Assembly: GCA_013360445.1 (NCBI GenBank)
Contig: JABWBP010000005.1
Coordinates: forward strand, 20,487-84,486
Origin: Calditrichaceae bacterium
GTDB lineage: Bacteria > Calditrichota > Calditrichia > RBG-13-44-9 > J075
Length of the DNA: 64,000 nucleotides
Direction of reading: 5' to 3'
This document shows, one piece after another, positions 1-7,769 of this stretch; positions within the stretch are counted from its first letter, which is position 1; the number at the start of each line of letters is the position of its first letter. The notes below the pieces were generated by a model. The model did not search any database, was not told the DNA's origin, and saw only the letters and a program-made list of their open reading frames with translations. The position numbers were made by a program, and so were the translations under genes.

Positions 1-2018
1 GCGTGCTGCCAGTTCCGGGAGAGATAATTTTCGTATCCCTGCTGAAAATGCTCCAGCGTCTCGCGGATTTTCCCATCCGGCGCGTTTCCTTTCAGGGAGA
101 GCAATTCGTACACTTTCACCGGCGCCTGCTTTCCCTTTACCCGCAGCAAATCCAGTTGCCGCACCACCACTTCATCCTGCACCAGCCGGTGGGTCTCCTC
201 GCTGATCATGATCCCGGTGCCGTAAAACTTGTTCGCCCCTTCCAGGCGGGCGCCTAAGTTCACGGAGTCGCCGATGGCGGTGTAATCGAAGCGGATCTCC
301 GAACCCATGTTGCCGATCACCATCGGCCCGCTGTTGACGCCGATGCGCTGGTGCAGGTCCGGCAGGCCGCGCTTTTTCCAATCCTCGCGAATCTTTTCCA
401 ATCCTTCCTGCATCAGCAGCGCGGTGGCGCAGGCTTTCAGGGCGTGGTTGCCCACGTCGAGGGGCGCGCCGAAGATGGCCATGATCGCGTCGCCGATATA
501 TTTGTCGAGGGTTCCCTGGTTCTTCAAAACGATGTGGGTCATCTCGTTGAGGTATTCGTTGAGCAGTTTGACCAGCTCCTCCGGCGCGGTAGCTTCGGAG
601 AGGTTGGTAAACCCGGCCAGGTCCGAGAACAGCACGGTGCAGAGCTTCTTTTCCCCGCCCAATTTCACCAGCTCCGGCTTCTTCAAAAGCTCATCCACCA
701 CGTTGGAAGAGACGTAGTGGGTGAAAATGCGTTTGATTTCGCGTTTGTCGTGCTCCTCCACCCGGTAGCGGTAAGCGTAGTGAATGGCGTAGGTGAACAG
801 CACCGCCAAAAAGGGCGCGATCACCGGGAGCCAGAGGAATTTCAGGGCAAACCCCAGCCAGGCGGTCAAAAAGGCCAGCCCGTACACCGCCACGCTGGCC
901 GCCACCCCGCCCACCGGGCGCAGGAAGGCGAATACCAGCCCGGCAAAGATTCCGACCAGGAGAATGAACAGAAAGTGCCCGCCTTTGGACATCTCCCGGA
1001 TGAAGTGGTTGTTGAGAATCTGCCAGAAGACGTTCGCGTGAACCTCCACGCCCGGGAAACTGGGCTGCCAGGGGGTGGAGCGGAAGTCGCCCAGCCCCGG
1101 CGCGGAAGCGCCGATGAACACCACCTTGCCGGCGAAAAATTCCAGGGGCACTTCTTCTTTGAATAAATTATAAAAGGAGATGTAGCGAAAGGTTTTGAAG
1201 GGGCCGTGATAATAGACCAGGGTTTTGCTCTTCTCGTCCGTGGGAATGCGCACCGAGAAGCCCGAGGGGGTCAGCAGCTCCATTTCCCGGCGTTCCGGGC
1301 GCCAGTGCAATTGATCCACTTCCAATTCCCGCATGGCCATGGCCACCGCCAGGGTGGGATAGACGTGGTCGTTGAAGCGCAGGAAGAGGGGAACCCGGCG
1401 GGAGATGCCGTCTTTATCCGGGGAGAGGTTTACCGCGCCGATGCCGGCGCTGGCGTTGTGCAGATCGGGAAATTCCGGCTCCATGCGGTCGATGGCGTCG
1501 AGGCGGAACATCAGCTCATCAGGCACCTCCAGGCGGAAGCGGTCGGCCTGGAAACCGGCCGGCTCGGAGGCCATGGCCTCCAAAAAGTTGTCCACGTCCA
1601 TGGGGGTCAGCACAAAGGCGGTGAAGACGTTTCCGTGCGCCCGCGCCGCCTCCACAAAGCGTTTATCCTCCTCCGGGAAGCGGTTGCTGCGGTCGAAGAG
1701 CACATCCATGGCCACCATGCGGGCGTTAGCGCGTTTCAGGGTTTCCAGAATTTGCGCCCAGTAGGTGCGCGGCCACTGGCTGAAGGAGCCTAACTCTTTC
1801 AAAGTGCGCCCGTCGATGTCCAAAATGATAATATCTTCGATGGGATTCTGCGGCGGCTCGATGATCTTGCGCACCCGGTAGTCGTAGGTGGCGGCCTCGA
1901 ATTTGTAGAAAAACTCTCCCAGGGCCCCGAAAGTGGTCATGATCCACACTCCCAGGCTTGCCACCGCGCCCGATCCCAGCCCCATCCAGAGCTTTCGCAG
2001 AAATCTTTTTTTGCGCAT
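1..2018 (-). CDS. CHASE2-domain sensor adenylate/guanylate cyclase (class III). The N-terminus is in the window; the C-terminus runs off the window edge.
   Basis: Manual reverse-strand translation from the ATG at 2016-2018 gives MRKKRFLRKLWMGLGSGAVASLGVW (TM helix). A CHASE2-like periplasmic region and 3 further TM helices follow. The cyclase core motifs are present: LFSDLAGFT, KYIGDAIMAIFGAP, RIGVNSGPMVIGNMGS, FDYTAIGDSVNLGARLE. There is no stop before position 1, so the gene is absent from the ORF track. Confidence 0.85.
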   Translation of the reverse strand, partial: MRKKRFLRKLWMGLGSGAVASLGVWIMTTFGALGEFFYKFEAATYDYRVRKIIEPPQNPIEDIIILDIDGRTLKELGSFSQWPRTYWAQILETLKRANARMVAMDVLFDRSNRFPEEDKRFVEAARAHGNVFTAFVLTPMDVDNFLEAMASEPAGFQADRFRLEVPDELMFRLDAIDRMEPEFPDLHNASAGIGAVNLSPDKDGISRRVPLFLRFNDHVYPTLAVAMAMRELEVDQLHWRPERREMELLTPSGFSVRIPTDEKSKTLVYYHGPFKTFRYISFYNLFKEEVPLEFFAGKVVFIGASAPGLGDFRSTPWQPSFPGVEVHANVFWQILNNHFIREMSKGGHFLFILLVGIFAGLVFAFLRPVGGVAASVAVYGLAFLTAWLGFALKFLWLPVIAPFLAVLFTYAIHYAYRYRVEEHDKREIKRIFTHYVSSNVVDELLKKPELVKLGGEKKLCTVLFSDLAGFTNLSEATAPEELVKLLNEYLNEMTHIVLKNQGTLDKYIGDAIMAIFGAPLDVGNHALKACATALLMQEGLEKIREDWKKRGLPDLHQRIGVNSGPMVIGNMGSEIRFDYTAIGDSVNLGARLEGANKFYGTGIMISEETHRLVQDEVVVRQLDLLRVKGKQAPVKVYELLSLKGNAPDGKIRETLEHFQQGYENYLSRNWQH

Positions 2019-2044
2019 GCCGTCCCTTTCGCCAGAAATTGACG

Positions 2045-2058
2045 GCCTAAATTTAGGC
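2045..2058. promoter_or_regulatory. Perfect 14-bp palindrome GCCTAAATTTAGGC about 30 bp upstream of the cyclase start; possible operator site.
   Basis: Exact dyad symmetry seen directly. The position relative to the start codon at 2018 suggests a regulator binding site. Confidence 0.25.
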
Positions 2059-2157
2059 AGGCGAAGCGGATTAGCAAGGTAAAAAATATCTCGCCCGGCA
2101 ACTGTTTCAAGGCTAAAGCCTGTTCGCCCGACAGTAAACAACAGGGAGGGCGATCCG

Positions 2158-2217
2158 ATGAAAAGCATCGCTGGTGCAAAAAAGAAGCGCGCCGCGGCGC
2201 GCCTCGAAGAAGAATAG
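2158..2217 (+). CDS. Possible 19-aa small basic peptide, MKSIAGAKKKRAAARLEEE.
   Basis: ATG is preceded by a strong Shine-Dalgarno (SD) sequence, AGGGAGGG, at 6-nt spacing. It is too short to support by composition and could be chance. Confidence 0.15.
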   Translation: MKSIAGAKKKRAAARLEEE

Positions 2218-2245
2218 TTGAACGGTTTCGTTTCTGGGCCGCGTC

Positions 2246-3142
2246 TCAGCGCAGCAGCACCATCTTCCGGGTTTGCCGGTAATTTCCGGCAACGAAATGA
2301 TACAGATACACACCTGAAGCCGCTTCATTTCCCCGCTCATCCCGGCCATCCCACTTCACCCGGTGCGTTCCCGCGGGAAATTCTCCATCGGCCAGCGTTT
2401 TTACCAGCCGCCCCCGGATGTCGTAAATCTTCAGGGTAACCGCGCCGTTCATTGGCAAATCGAATTGGATGATGGTTTCCGGGTTGAAGGGGTTGGGGAA
2501 ATTCTGGTGCAAAGCATACGTCTGCGGCATGCTGCTCACCTGAACCCGTTCGAGATTGTTTTTGGCAAAGAGGGTTCCCTCTCTTTCTTTCGGGTAAAAT
2601 TCCTGGATGTGAATCCGTTGAGCCTTCCAACTGCCCAGGAGATGCTCAATGGTCTGCAATTGCAGAACTACTTCCCTGCCGACAAAGGGCTGTAAATCAA
2701 TTTCCAGTGAATCCTGCCAGCTAAACTGGGAACCGTTCAGAGAATCCAGGGCAATTTCCCGCGCGCTCAGCAAAGGTTCGCCGTTGCGATGGTCTATCAA
2801 ACGCAGGCGCAGCAAGGGCAGGTGGGGAACCGCGCCGGTCTTTCTCATATCCCGCACCCGGGCGCGCGCTTTCAGGAATGCTGATTGCACCTCACTGTCC
2901 ACAATTAGAGGAAGGGTTTGCAGGAAGCGGGAGGCGGAACCGCCTTGCGCCAACGGATCAAACCGCCAAACCCGCAGGCTGTCCGGAGTGCGAATCTGAA
3001 TATCCCCGAACAATAGCGCCGCCCGGCCTTCCAGGTTCAGGCCCGGCAAATCCTGCAAGCGGAAAAGCTCTTTGCGGTATTGTTTCTCCGCCAGGGTGCT
3101 GGCTTCCTGCCTTATAACGGAAAACCGGGAAATGAACCCCAT
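2246..3142 (-). CDS. C-terminal portion of a T9SS cargo protein (Por secretion C-terminal sorting domain). Probably the 3' part of one gene interrupted by a frameshift with 2958-4475.
   Basis: The C-terminus NFPNPFNPETIIQFDLPMNGAVTLKIYDIRGRLVKTLADGEFPAGTHRVKWDGRDERGNEAASGVYLYHFVAGNYRQTRKMVLLR is a canonical T9SS CTD. There is an in-frame stop at 3167-3169 just upstream of the annotated M. Confidence 0.6.
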   Translation of the reverse strand: MGFISRFSVIRQEASTLAEKQYRKELFRLQDLPGLNLEGRAALLFGDIQIRTPDSLRVWRFDPLAQGGSASRFLQTLPLIVDSEVQSAFLKARARVRDMRKTGAVPHLPLLRLRLIDHRNGEPLLSAREIALDSLNGSQFSWQDSLEIDLQPFVGREVVLQLQTIEHLLGSWKAQRIHIQEFYPKEREGTLFAKNNLERVQVSSMPQTYALHQNFPNPFNPETIIQFDLPMNGAVTLKIYDIRGRLVKTLADGEFPAGTHRVKWDGRDERGNEAASGVYLYHFVAGNYRQTRKMVLLR

Positions 3143-4475
3143 TTTGCTCCCGGTCCCACGCCACGCCTAACCGGAGCAACCCGGTGTGATAAGCAATGCT
3201 GGGAGAGCGGTTCTTTCCCCAGGAGGCGGTAGAGCTTAAGCGGGTTTCCGCGCTCCAGCTCTGGCCGTTGTCGGTAGAGGCGGTGTAGTAGATGTTGCCG
3301 CCGTCTTCATATACCAAATGCCAGGTTCTATCTTCATCCACTACTACCCGGCGGCCGTTGTTGTAGGCGGTGGCGGCAGCAGAGTTGCTGGCCAGGTGGC
3401 CTTTGAAATTGGCAATAACCGTGGCATTGTCCTGGGTGAAAATCACCGGGCTTTCGTAGTAGCCGTTCACCGGATTATTGGGTTCAGTGATAGTAGCATA
3501 ACTGGTTTCCCAATGTTGAAAATACCAGGTAATATTTTGCCCATGAAAAGGAATCATAGTATCCTGACGTGCACGAACAGCATAGTAAGGCTTGCCTGGT
3601 AAAACAGTTTGATTCAAAAATATTCCTTTATAAAAATCTCCAGAATTTGGTTCAATCACCAACGGTGAGGGGTGGGTATGCCAAAGGGGTGCGGTTCCGC
3701 GGTTTTGGGGAATCCCACCCAATTCCGGACCATCTGACAACCACGGGTCCTTAAAACCGATGTCTCCTTTTTCAACACTTGCAGATAACAAATATACTCC
3801 CAACGTAGCACTCTTAACCGACTTGAGCCAGGAGATCAGTTGATCCATAGAACTATCAATTAAGAAAGCTCTATAATTCAATACATCACTTTCATCATCG
3901 TTCCAGTGATGGTATTTCTCGGGAGGGTTTTCCACCAGACCCGTATCCGACCATATTGTTTCACTCTGTTGTAGAGTCAGCCAGACATGAAGGGGATCTG
4001 GAACCCACAGGTCGCGCCAGTGAGGATTGGTATAATGTTTCAAATAATTCCCGGTGAGATCCAGCATATTTTCTCTTTTGACAAATACATCGACATTTTG
4101 AGGTGTGCCCCCTTTTCCAATAGTGATGGTATCAGAAGTTACCATAAAGCCCGGACCTGTAATATCCGCATAAATTTGATAAAATTGATTCGGATGTCCA
4201 TCCGGACTAACGTGATACAAATTATATCCGGAAGATCTTATTTGGAATGGCCCGTTTGGATTGGCATACCATACATAAAAGTAATTCGCTGAAGGCGGTA
4301 TAGGGTTGCCATTCAGATACAAATCAGCATAAACTTCGGAATTCCATTCATGGCCGTTGGGATCCCAGCGAAAATCTTCCCCCCGCACTTGTACAGTATA
4401 GCCGCTTTGTGCCGATAACCTGCTTACCGGAAGCAACAGCAAGATTGAAAAAATAAGTTTGAGGTAATAATTCAT
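2958..4475 (-). CDS. Secreted BNR/Asp-box repeat protein (sialidase-like propeller start), N-terminal portion. The last ~60 residues of this frame look like an out-of-frame read-through.
   Basis: SD TAAGGAG is followed by ATG and the signal peptide MNYYLKLIFSILLLLPVSRLSAQ. A BNR motif YYTASTDNGQSWS is present. The frame after ...WDREQNG becomes low-complexity G/P/A-rich and overlaps 2246-3142 by 185 nt in another frame. Confidence 0.6.
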   Translation of the reverse strand: MNYYLKLIFSILLLLPVSRLSAQSGYTVQVRGEDFRWDPNGHEWNSEVYADLYLNGNPIPPSANYFYVWYANPNGPFQIRSSGYNLYHVSPDGHPNQFYQIYADITGPGFMVTSDTITIGKGGTPQNVDVFVKRENMLDLTGNYLKHYTNPHWRDLWVPDPLHVWLTLQQSETIWSDTGLVENPPEKYHHWNDDESDVLNYRAFLIDSSMDQLISWLKSVKSATLGVYLLSASVEKGDIGFKDPWLSDGPELGGIPQNRGTAPLWHTHPSPLVIEPNSGDFYKGIFLNQTVLPGKPYYAVRARQDTMIPFHGQNITWYFQHWETSYATITEPNNPVNGYYESPVIFTQDNATVIANFKGHLASNSAAATAYNNGRRVVVDEDRTWHLVYEDGGNIYYTASTDNGQSWSAETRLSSTASWGKNRSPSIAYHTGLLRLGVAWDREQNGVHFPVFRYKAGSQHPGGETIPQRAFPLAGFAGPEPGRPGGAIVRGYSDSHSGQPAGLAV

Positions 4476-4506
4476 GATGGTTTCTCCTTATGTTTATAAA
4501 ATGGTG

Positions 4507-5613
4507 TTAATTTCTCCTTCCCATTACCAGGACATCATGATTATCCACATATCCTACCGTTACCATGAGGTTGTCGCTTACAGCTAAACCTTCAAAAGAA
4601 CCGGTAGCCATCATTAAATCCTCATAAGTTTGCCAGCTTGATCCATTATAATGTACACATAATCCAAACGCACCGACGACAAAGATATTGTTCAAGGCGC
4701 TTCCCCGCACGCGGGTCGAGAAATAATTTGGTATGAGAATTTCTTCCCATTGATGTACTTTCCAAACCCTTAACCCACTTCCACTTACAAAAACCGGAGA
4801 GTTTATATCAAACCAGGTACTATGAAGACGACGGGATAATGTCCAATTCAAGGTATCAGCAATTCCGTTAAGCGCTATAGATAAGAGGCGGTATTCTCCC
4901 ACATAATACCGGTCAGAAACAACCGCCAAAATGGTGGTTTGCCCGGTTGCTCTATCTAAAACTCCCCAAATATCATTAATGTTGGTATGGGTGCCACTCT
5001 CAATCCGCTGCCAATTGATGCCATCGTAATAGAAGATATTGCCTTTTTTACCAACCCCCCAGAGATCAGTGTTTGAGCTTCCCCAAAATTGTCTGATTCC
5101 TCCGAATGTGGTATCATTCAGATCATCGAACAAGAATTTCCATTCACTCCAGCTTTGTCCATTAAATCTAATGACTTCACCTCCATCGGTTGTCCAAACA
5201 TCATTTGGAGCAAAAGCGAATACACTCTGCAATGTGCTGATTATGAAAGAGTTTGTGTTGAATATTTTCACTGGAATTTTTTTCAACTCCCACTTTTGCC
5301 CATCCCAATGGACTGCGTTATGGGGGTTATACTGGCCAGAGGAATCTAGTACATGAATTTCACCCACTGCCCAAATGTCGTTTTCATTAATGATACATAC
5401 ATCTTTCAGAATGCTGGCGTTTCCGTCCCCGAAACTATAGGTTGTCCAGGTAAAGTTATGGCTGGTAGTGTCGGGTTTATTGGGAGGCGGCGGGGGCGGC
5501 GGTTCGGTGCCGGATTTTTCACAACTGCAAGCCAGCAGGAGGAAATGTAAAATGTAAAATGTAAAGTGTAAAATGCGGTGAATACGAATTTCAGGAGACC
5601 GGTAGCGCATCAT
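4507..5613 (-). CDS. Lipoprotein with beta-propeller-like Trp-containing repeats (DIWAVG, NDVWTT, TDLWGVG, NDIWGV, NIFVVG).
   Basis: SD AAAGGAG lies before ATGATG. The signal peptide MMRYRSPEIRIHRILHFTFYILHFLLLAC has an LLAC lipobox, followed by a polyproline linker. There are about 5 repeats with G-x-W / WxxG spacing. The ORF track extends to 5781 but the SD supports a start at 5610-5613. Confidence 0.7.
   Translation of the reverse strand: MMRYRSPEIRIHRILHFTFYILHFLLLACSCEKSGTEPPPPPPPNKPDTTSHNFTWTTYSFGDGNASILKDVCIINENDIWAVGEIHVLDSSGQYNPHNAVHWDGQKWELKKIPVKIFNTNSFIISTLQSVFAFAPNDVWTTDGGEVIRFNGQSWSEWKFLFDDLNDTTFGGIRQFWGSSNTDLWGVGKKGNIFYYDGINWQRIESGTHTNINDIWGVLDRATGQTTILAVVSDRYYVGEYRLLSIALNGIADTLNWTLSRRLHSTWFDINSPVFVSGSGLRVWKVHQWEEILIPNYFSTRVRGSALNNIFVVGAFGLCVHYNGSSWQTYEDLMMATGSFEGLAVSDNLMVTVGYVDNHDVLVMGRRN
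5545..5575. repeat. Tandem heptamer array (TGTAAAA)x4.5 lying inside the lipoprotein signal-peptide coding region.
   Basis: aatgtaaaatgtaaaatgtaaagtgtaaaatg, seen directly. Its reverse complement encodes HFTFYILHF. Confidence 0.6.
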
Positions 5614-5941
5614 TGACTCCTTTATTTGAGTTTCGGGAAAATACGCATTCTTCCCGGTGGGAGGCGGGCGGATTTGTTGAAGAATCTCAGGCGGGTAAGG
5701 AGAGAAAAAAGCAGAATAGAATATATTCCTCTTTCTCGCGCAGAAACTGGCGCAGAAGAGAGGATTTGCAAGGCTGTTCATGGCATTCTCCCCATTGAAT
5801 CACCGTTGTTACTCCGGGGAAATCGGCCACTTCCTCTATGGATGGCGCGTCAGGGGGAGGAGGCGTTACAATATCCGTACCACCGGTTCAGGCAACCACG
5901 TTTCCTTATTACGGCAGCAAGTTAAACTCAGGCATTCTCAA

Positions 5942-5985
5942 AAAACATGACTTTGGTCAGGTTAAAACATGATTTTGGTCAAGTC
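5942..5985. repeat. Two tandem 22-bp direct repeats, AAAACATGAYTTTGGTCARGTY.
   Basis: aaaacatgactttggtcaggtt and aaaacatgattttggtcaagtc, adjacent to each other. They lie in the spacer upstream of the lipoprotein gene. Confidence 0.5.
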
Positions 5986-6080
5986 TTTTAAGGAGGGAGG
6001 GCGGCAACACCGCGATTAGAGCGGGAGAGGTTACGGCGGAAAGGGTGGTGGGAAAAACACGGGGTGATCGAATTGCTAAC

Positions 6081-6190
6081 TGGTTGAATGGTTGGATGGT
6101 TGGATGGCTAAGTGGTTAAACGGTCGGCTGGCCATTTAGCCATTTAACCATTTACTCATCCATCCATCAATCCATTACTCCATTACCCCA
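6081..6190. repeat. Long imperfect hairpin: TGG-word array (TTGGATGG, CTAAGTGG ...) immediately followed by its complement, a CCAT-word array.
   Basis: tggttgaatggttggatggttggatggctaagtggttaaacggtcggctgg | ccatttagccatttaaccatttactcatccatccatcaatccattactccattacc. It sits at the 3' end of the aminotransferase gene. Confidence 0.6.
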
Positions 6191-6200
6191 TGATACTCCC

Positions 6201-7487
6201 TCAATCTCGGTCGAAGCCCAGCAGCAGTTCCATCAGGCAGTCGATGTCATCTTCATTATTATAAAAGTGGGGGGAGACGCGGATGAAGCCGTTGCGCAGG
6301 GAAACGTGCACCCGGCGGCTCTTCAGGTGCTCGAACAAAGCGGGGGCGTTGGAATGGTGGAAGGTGACGATGCCGGAGCGGGATTCCGGCTCTAAGGGAG
6401 TGTAAATCCGGTAGCCGTTCTCTTGCAAACGCTCGATGAGGTAAGCGGTAATATAAAGAATGCGCTGCTCGATGGCGCGGGAGCCAATTTCCAAAAACAT
6501 CTCCAGGGAGGCGCCGGCCCCCGCCACGCCCGCGGCGTTGTAATTGCCCGGCTCGAAGCGCTCCGCAGTCGGCAAAAATTTCAGCTCATACTTGAAAAAT
6601 TCCCAGGAATCCTCCACGGAGAGCCAGCCTGCGGCCATGGGGTGGACTTGCTCGAAAATCCGCGGGGAGATGTACATGAACGCGGTTCCTAACGGCCACA
6701 TCAGCCACTTTTGCCCCCCGGAAACCAGGAAATCGATCCCGCTTTCCTGCACGTCCAAATGCAGCGCGCCCAATCCCTGGATGCCGTCCACGCAAAAAAT
6801 AACGTTATTTTCCCGGCACAGCCGCCCGATCTCTTTCAAATCGTTGCGAAAACCGTTCAAGAACTCCACGAAGCTGATGGAGAGCAGGCGGGTTTGGGGG
6901 CGAATCATGGCGGCGATATCCTCCAACTCGATCCGGCCGTCGCGCTGCTTTACGAAGTCGATCTCCACCCCGCGGCGCTGCAAGTTCAGAAAGGGGTACA
7001 CGTTGGAGGGGAATTCGAAATCGTTCAGCAGGATGCGCTCCCCGGGTTTCCACTCCAGTCCCTGCGCCAGCCAGTTCAGCCCCATGGAGGTGCTGTCGGT
7101 AAGGGCCAGGTATTCCGGCGCCGCGTTGATGAAACGGCCCAGCAAATTTTTGAAGCTGCGTTTGACCTCTACCAAATCCGGCCAGAACTCGATGTTGCCG
7201 CAGGAGCGTTCCCGGTTGTGGCGCTCGATGGCGGCAATCGCTTCGCTGTGCATGGGCCCCAGGGCGGCGTGGTTCAAATAGACCATCGCGGGGGATGGGG
7301 CGTTTATTTCGGCCAATTTGGGGCCGAAAGCGCCGGCCAAACCGGCGTGGTTATTTCCGTTGGATTCCCGGTACGGGGCTATCAAAGCCGGCTCCGCCGG
7401 GCTGAAGGTATGGGGGAATAAAGCGCGGTATTTTTTCCAATCGACTGCGGCGCCGCGCTTTTCCCTGCTCAGAACCATGTTTTCCAT
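6201..7487 (-). CDS. Class V aminotransferase-fold PLP-dependent enzyme (cysteine desulfurase / epimerase-like).
   Basis: SD GGAGAAG lies before MENMVLS. A PLP-lysine region, SGGQKWLMWPLGTAF, is present. The length and motif order fit the class V fold. The ORF track extends to 7544 with an earlier start. Confidence 0.8.
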   Translation of the reverse strand: MENMVLSREKRGAAVDWKKYRALFPHTFSPAEPALIAPYRESNGNNHAGLAGAFGPKLAEINAPSPAMVYLNHAALGPMHSEAIAAIERHNRERSCGNIEFWPDLVEVKRSFKNLLGRFINAAPEYLALTDSTSMGLNWLAQGLEWKPGERILLNDFEFPSNVYPFLNLQRRGVEIDFVKQRDGRIELEDIAAMIRPQTRLLSISFVEFLNGFRNDLKEIGRLCRENNVIFCVDGIQGLGALHLDVQESGIDFLVSGGQKWLMWPLGTAFMYISPRIFEQVHPMAAGWLSVEDSWEFFKYELKFLPTAERFEPGNYNAAGVAGAGASLEMFLEIGSRAIEQRILYITAYLIERLQENGYRIYTPLEPESRSGIVTFHHSNAPALFEHLKSRRVHVSLRNGFIRVSPHFYNNEDDIDCLMELLLGFDRD

Positions 7488-7769
7488 GTTGCTTCTCCAT
7501 ATCCCGGCGATATCACAGCTTCCGGACGCCGGATGGCAGACCATCGTTTATCATTCACCCTGAATGGCAGGCAGGTGAATTCGCAATAGTGAATTCGAAT
7601 CTAATTTTGAAAGGGAGATCACACCACGGGGCGGCGACGCCCCGGGTATTGGGGAGAAACCTCGCTCCGCGGGGATGCTCACCCGCTTCGCCGTAGGGGA
7701 AAAACGAGCCTGCCCTCGTCTCCGCCGCTCCCAATAATCCCCGGCCGGGCGCTCCCCTCCCGCCGCATT

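Noticed and set aside
351-1793. Plus-strand ORFs 351-1166, 1206-1793 and 1372-1764 overlapping the cyclase gene.
   Set aside because: Their translations are low-complexity R/G/A/H-rich, as expected from antisense frames in 60% GC DNA. The minus-strand frame gives clear CHASE2 and cyclase motifs.
5626-5925. 99-aa plus-strand ORF in the lipoprotein upstream spacer.
   Set aside because: No SD, basic low-complexity product, and it overlaps the likely promoter region of the minus-strand lipoprotein.
6423-7421. Plus-strand ORFs inside the aminotransferase gene (6544-7281, 6711-7421).
   Set aside because: Antisense frames with composition-driven openness and no motifs. The minus strand encodes a coherent PLP enzyme.
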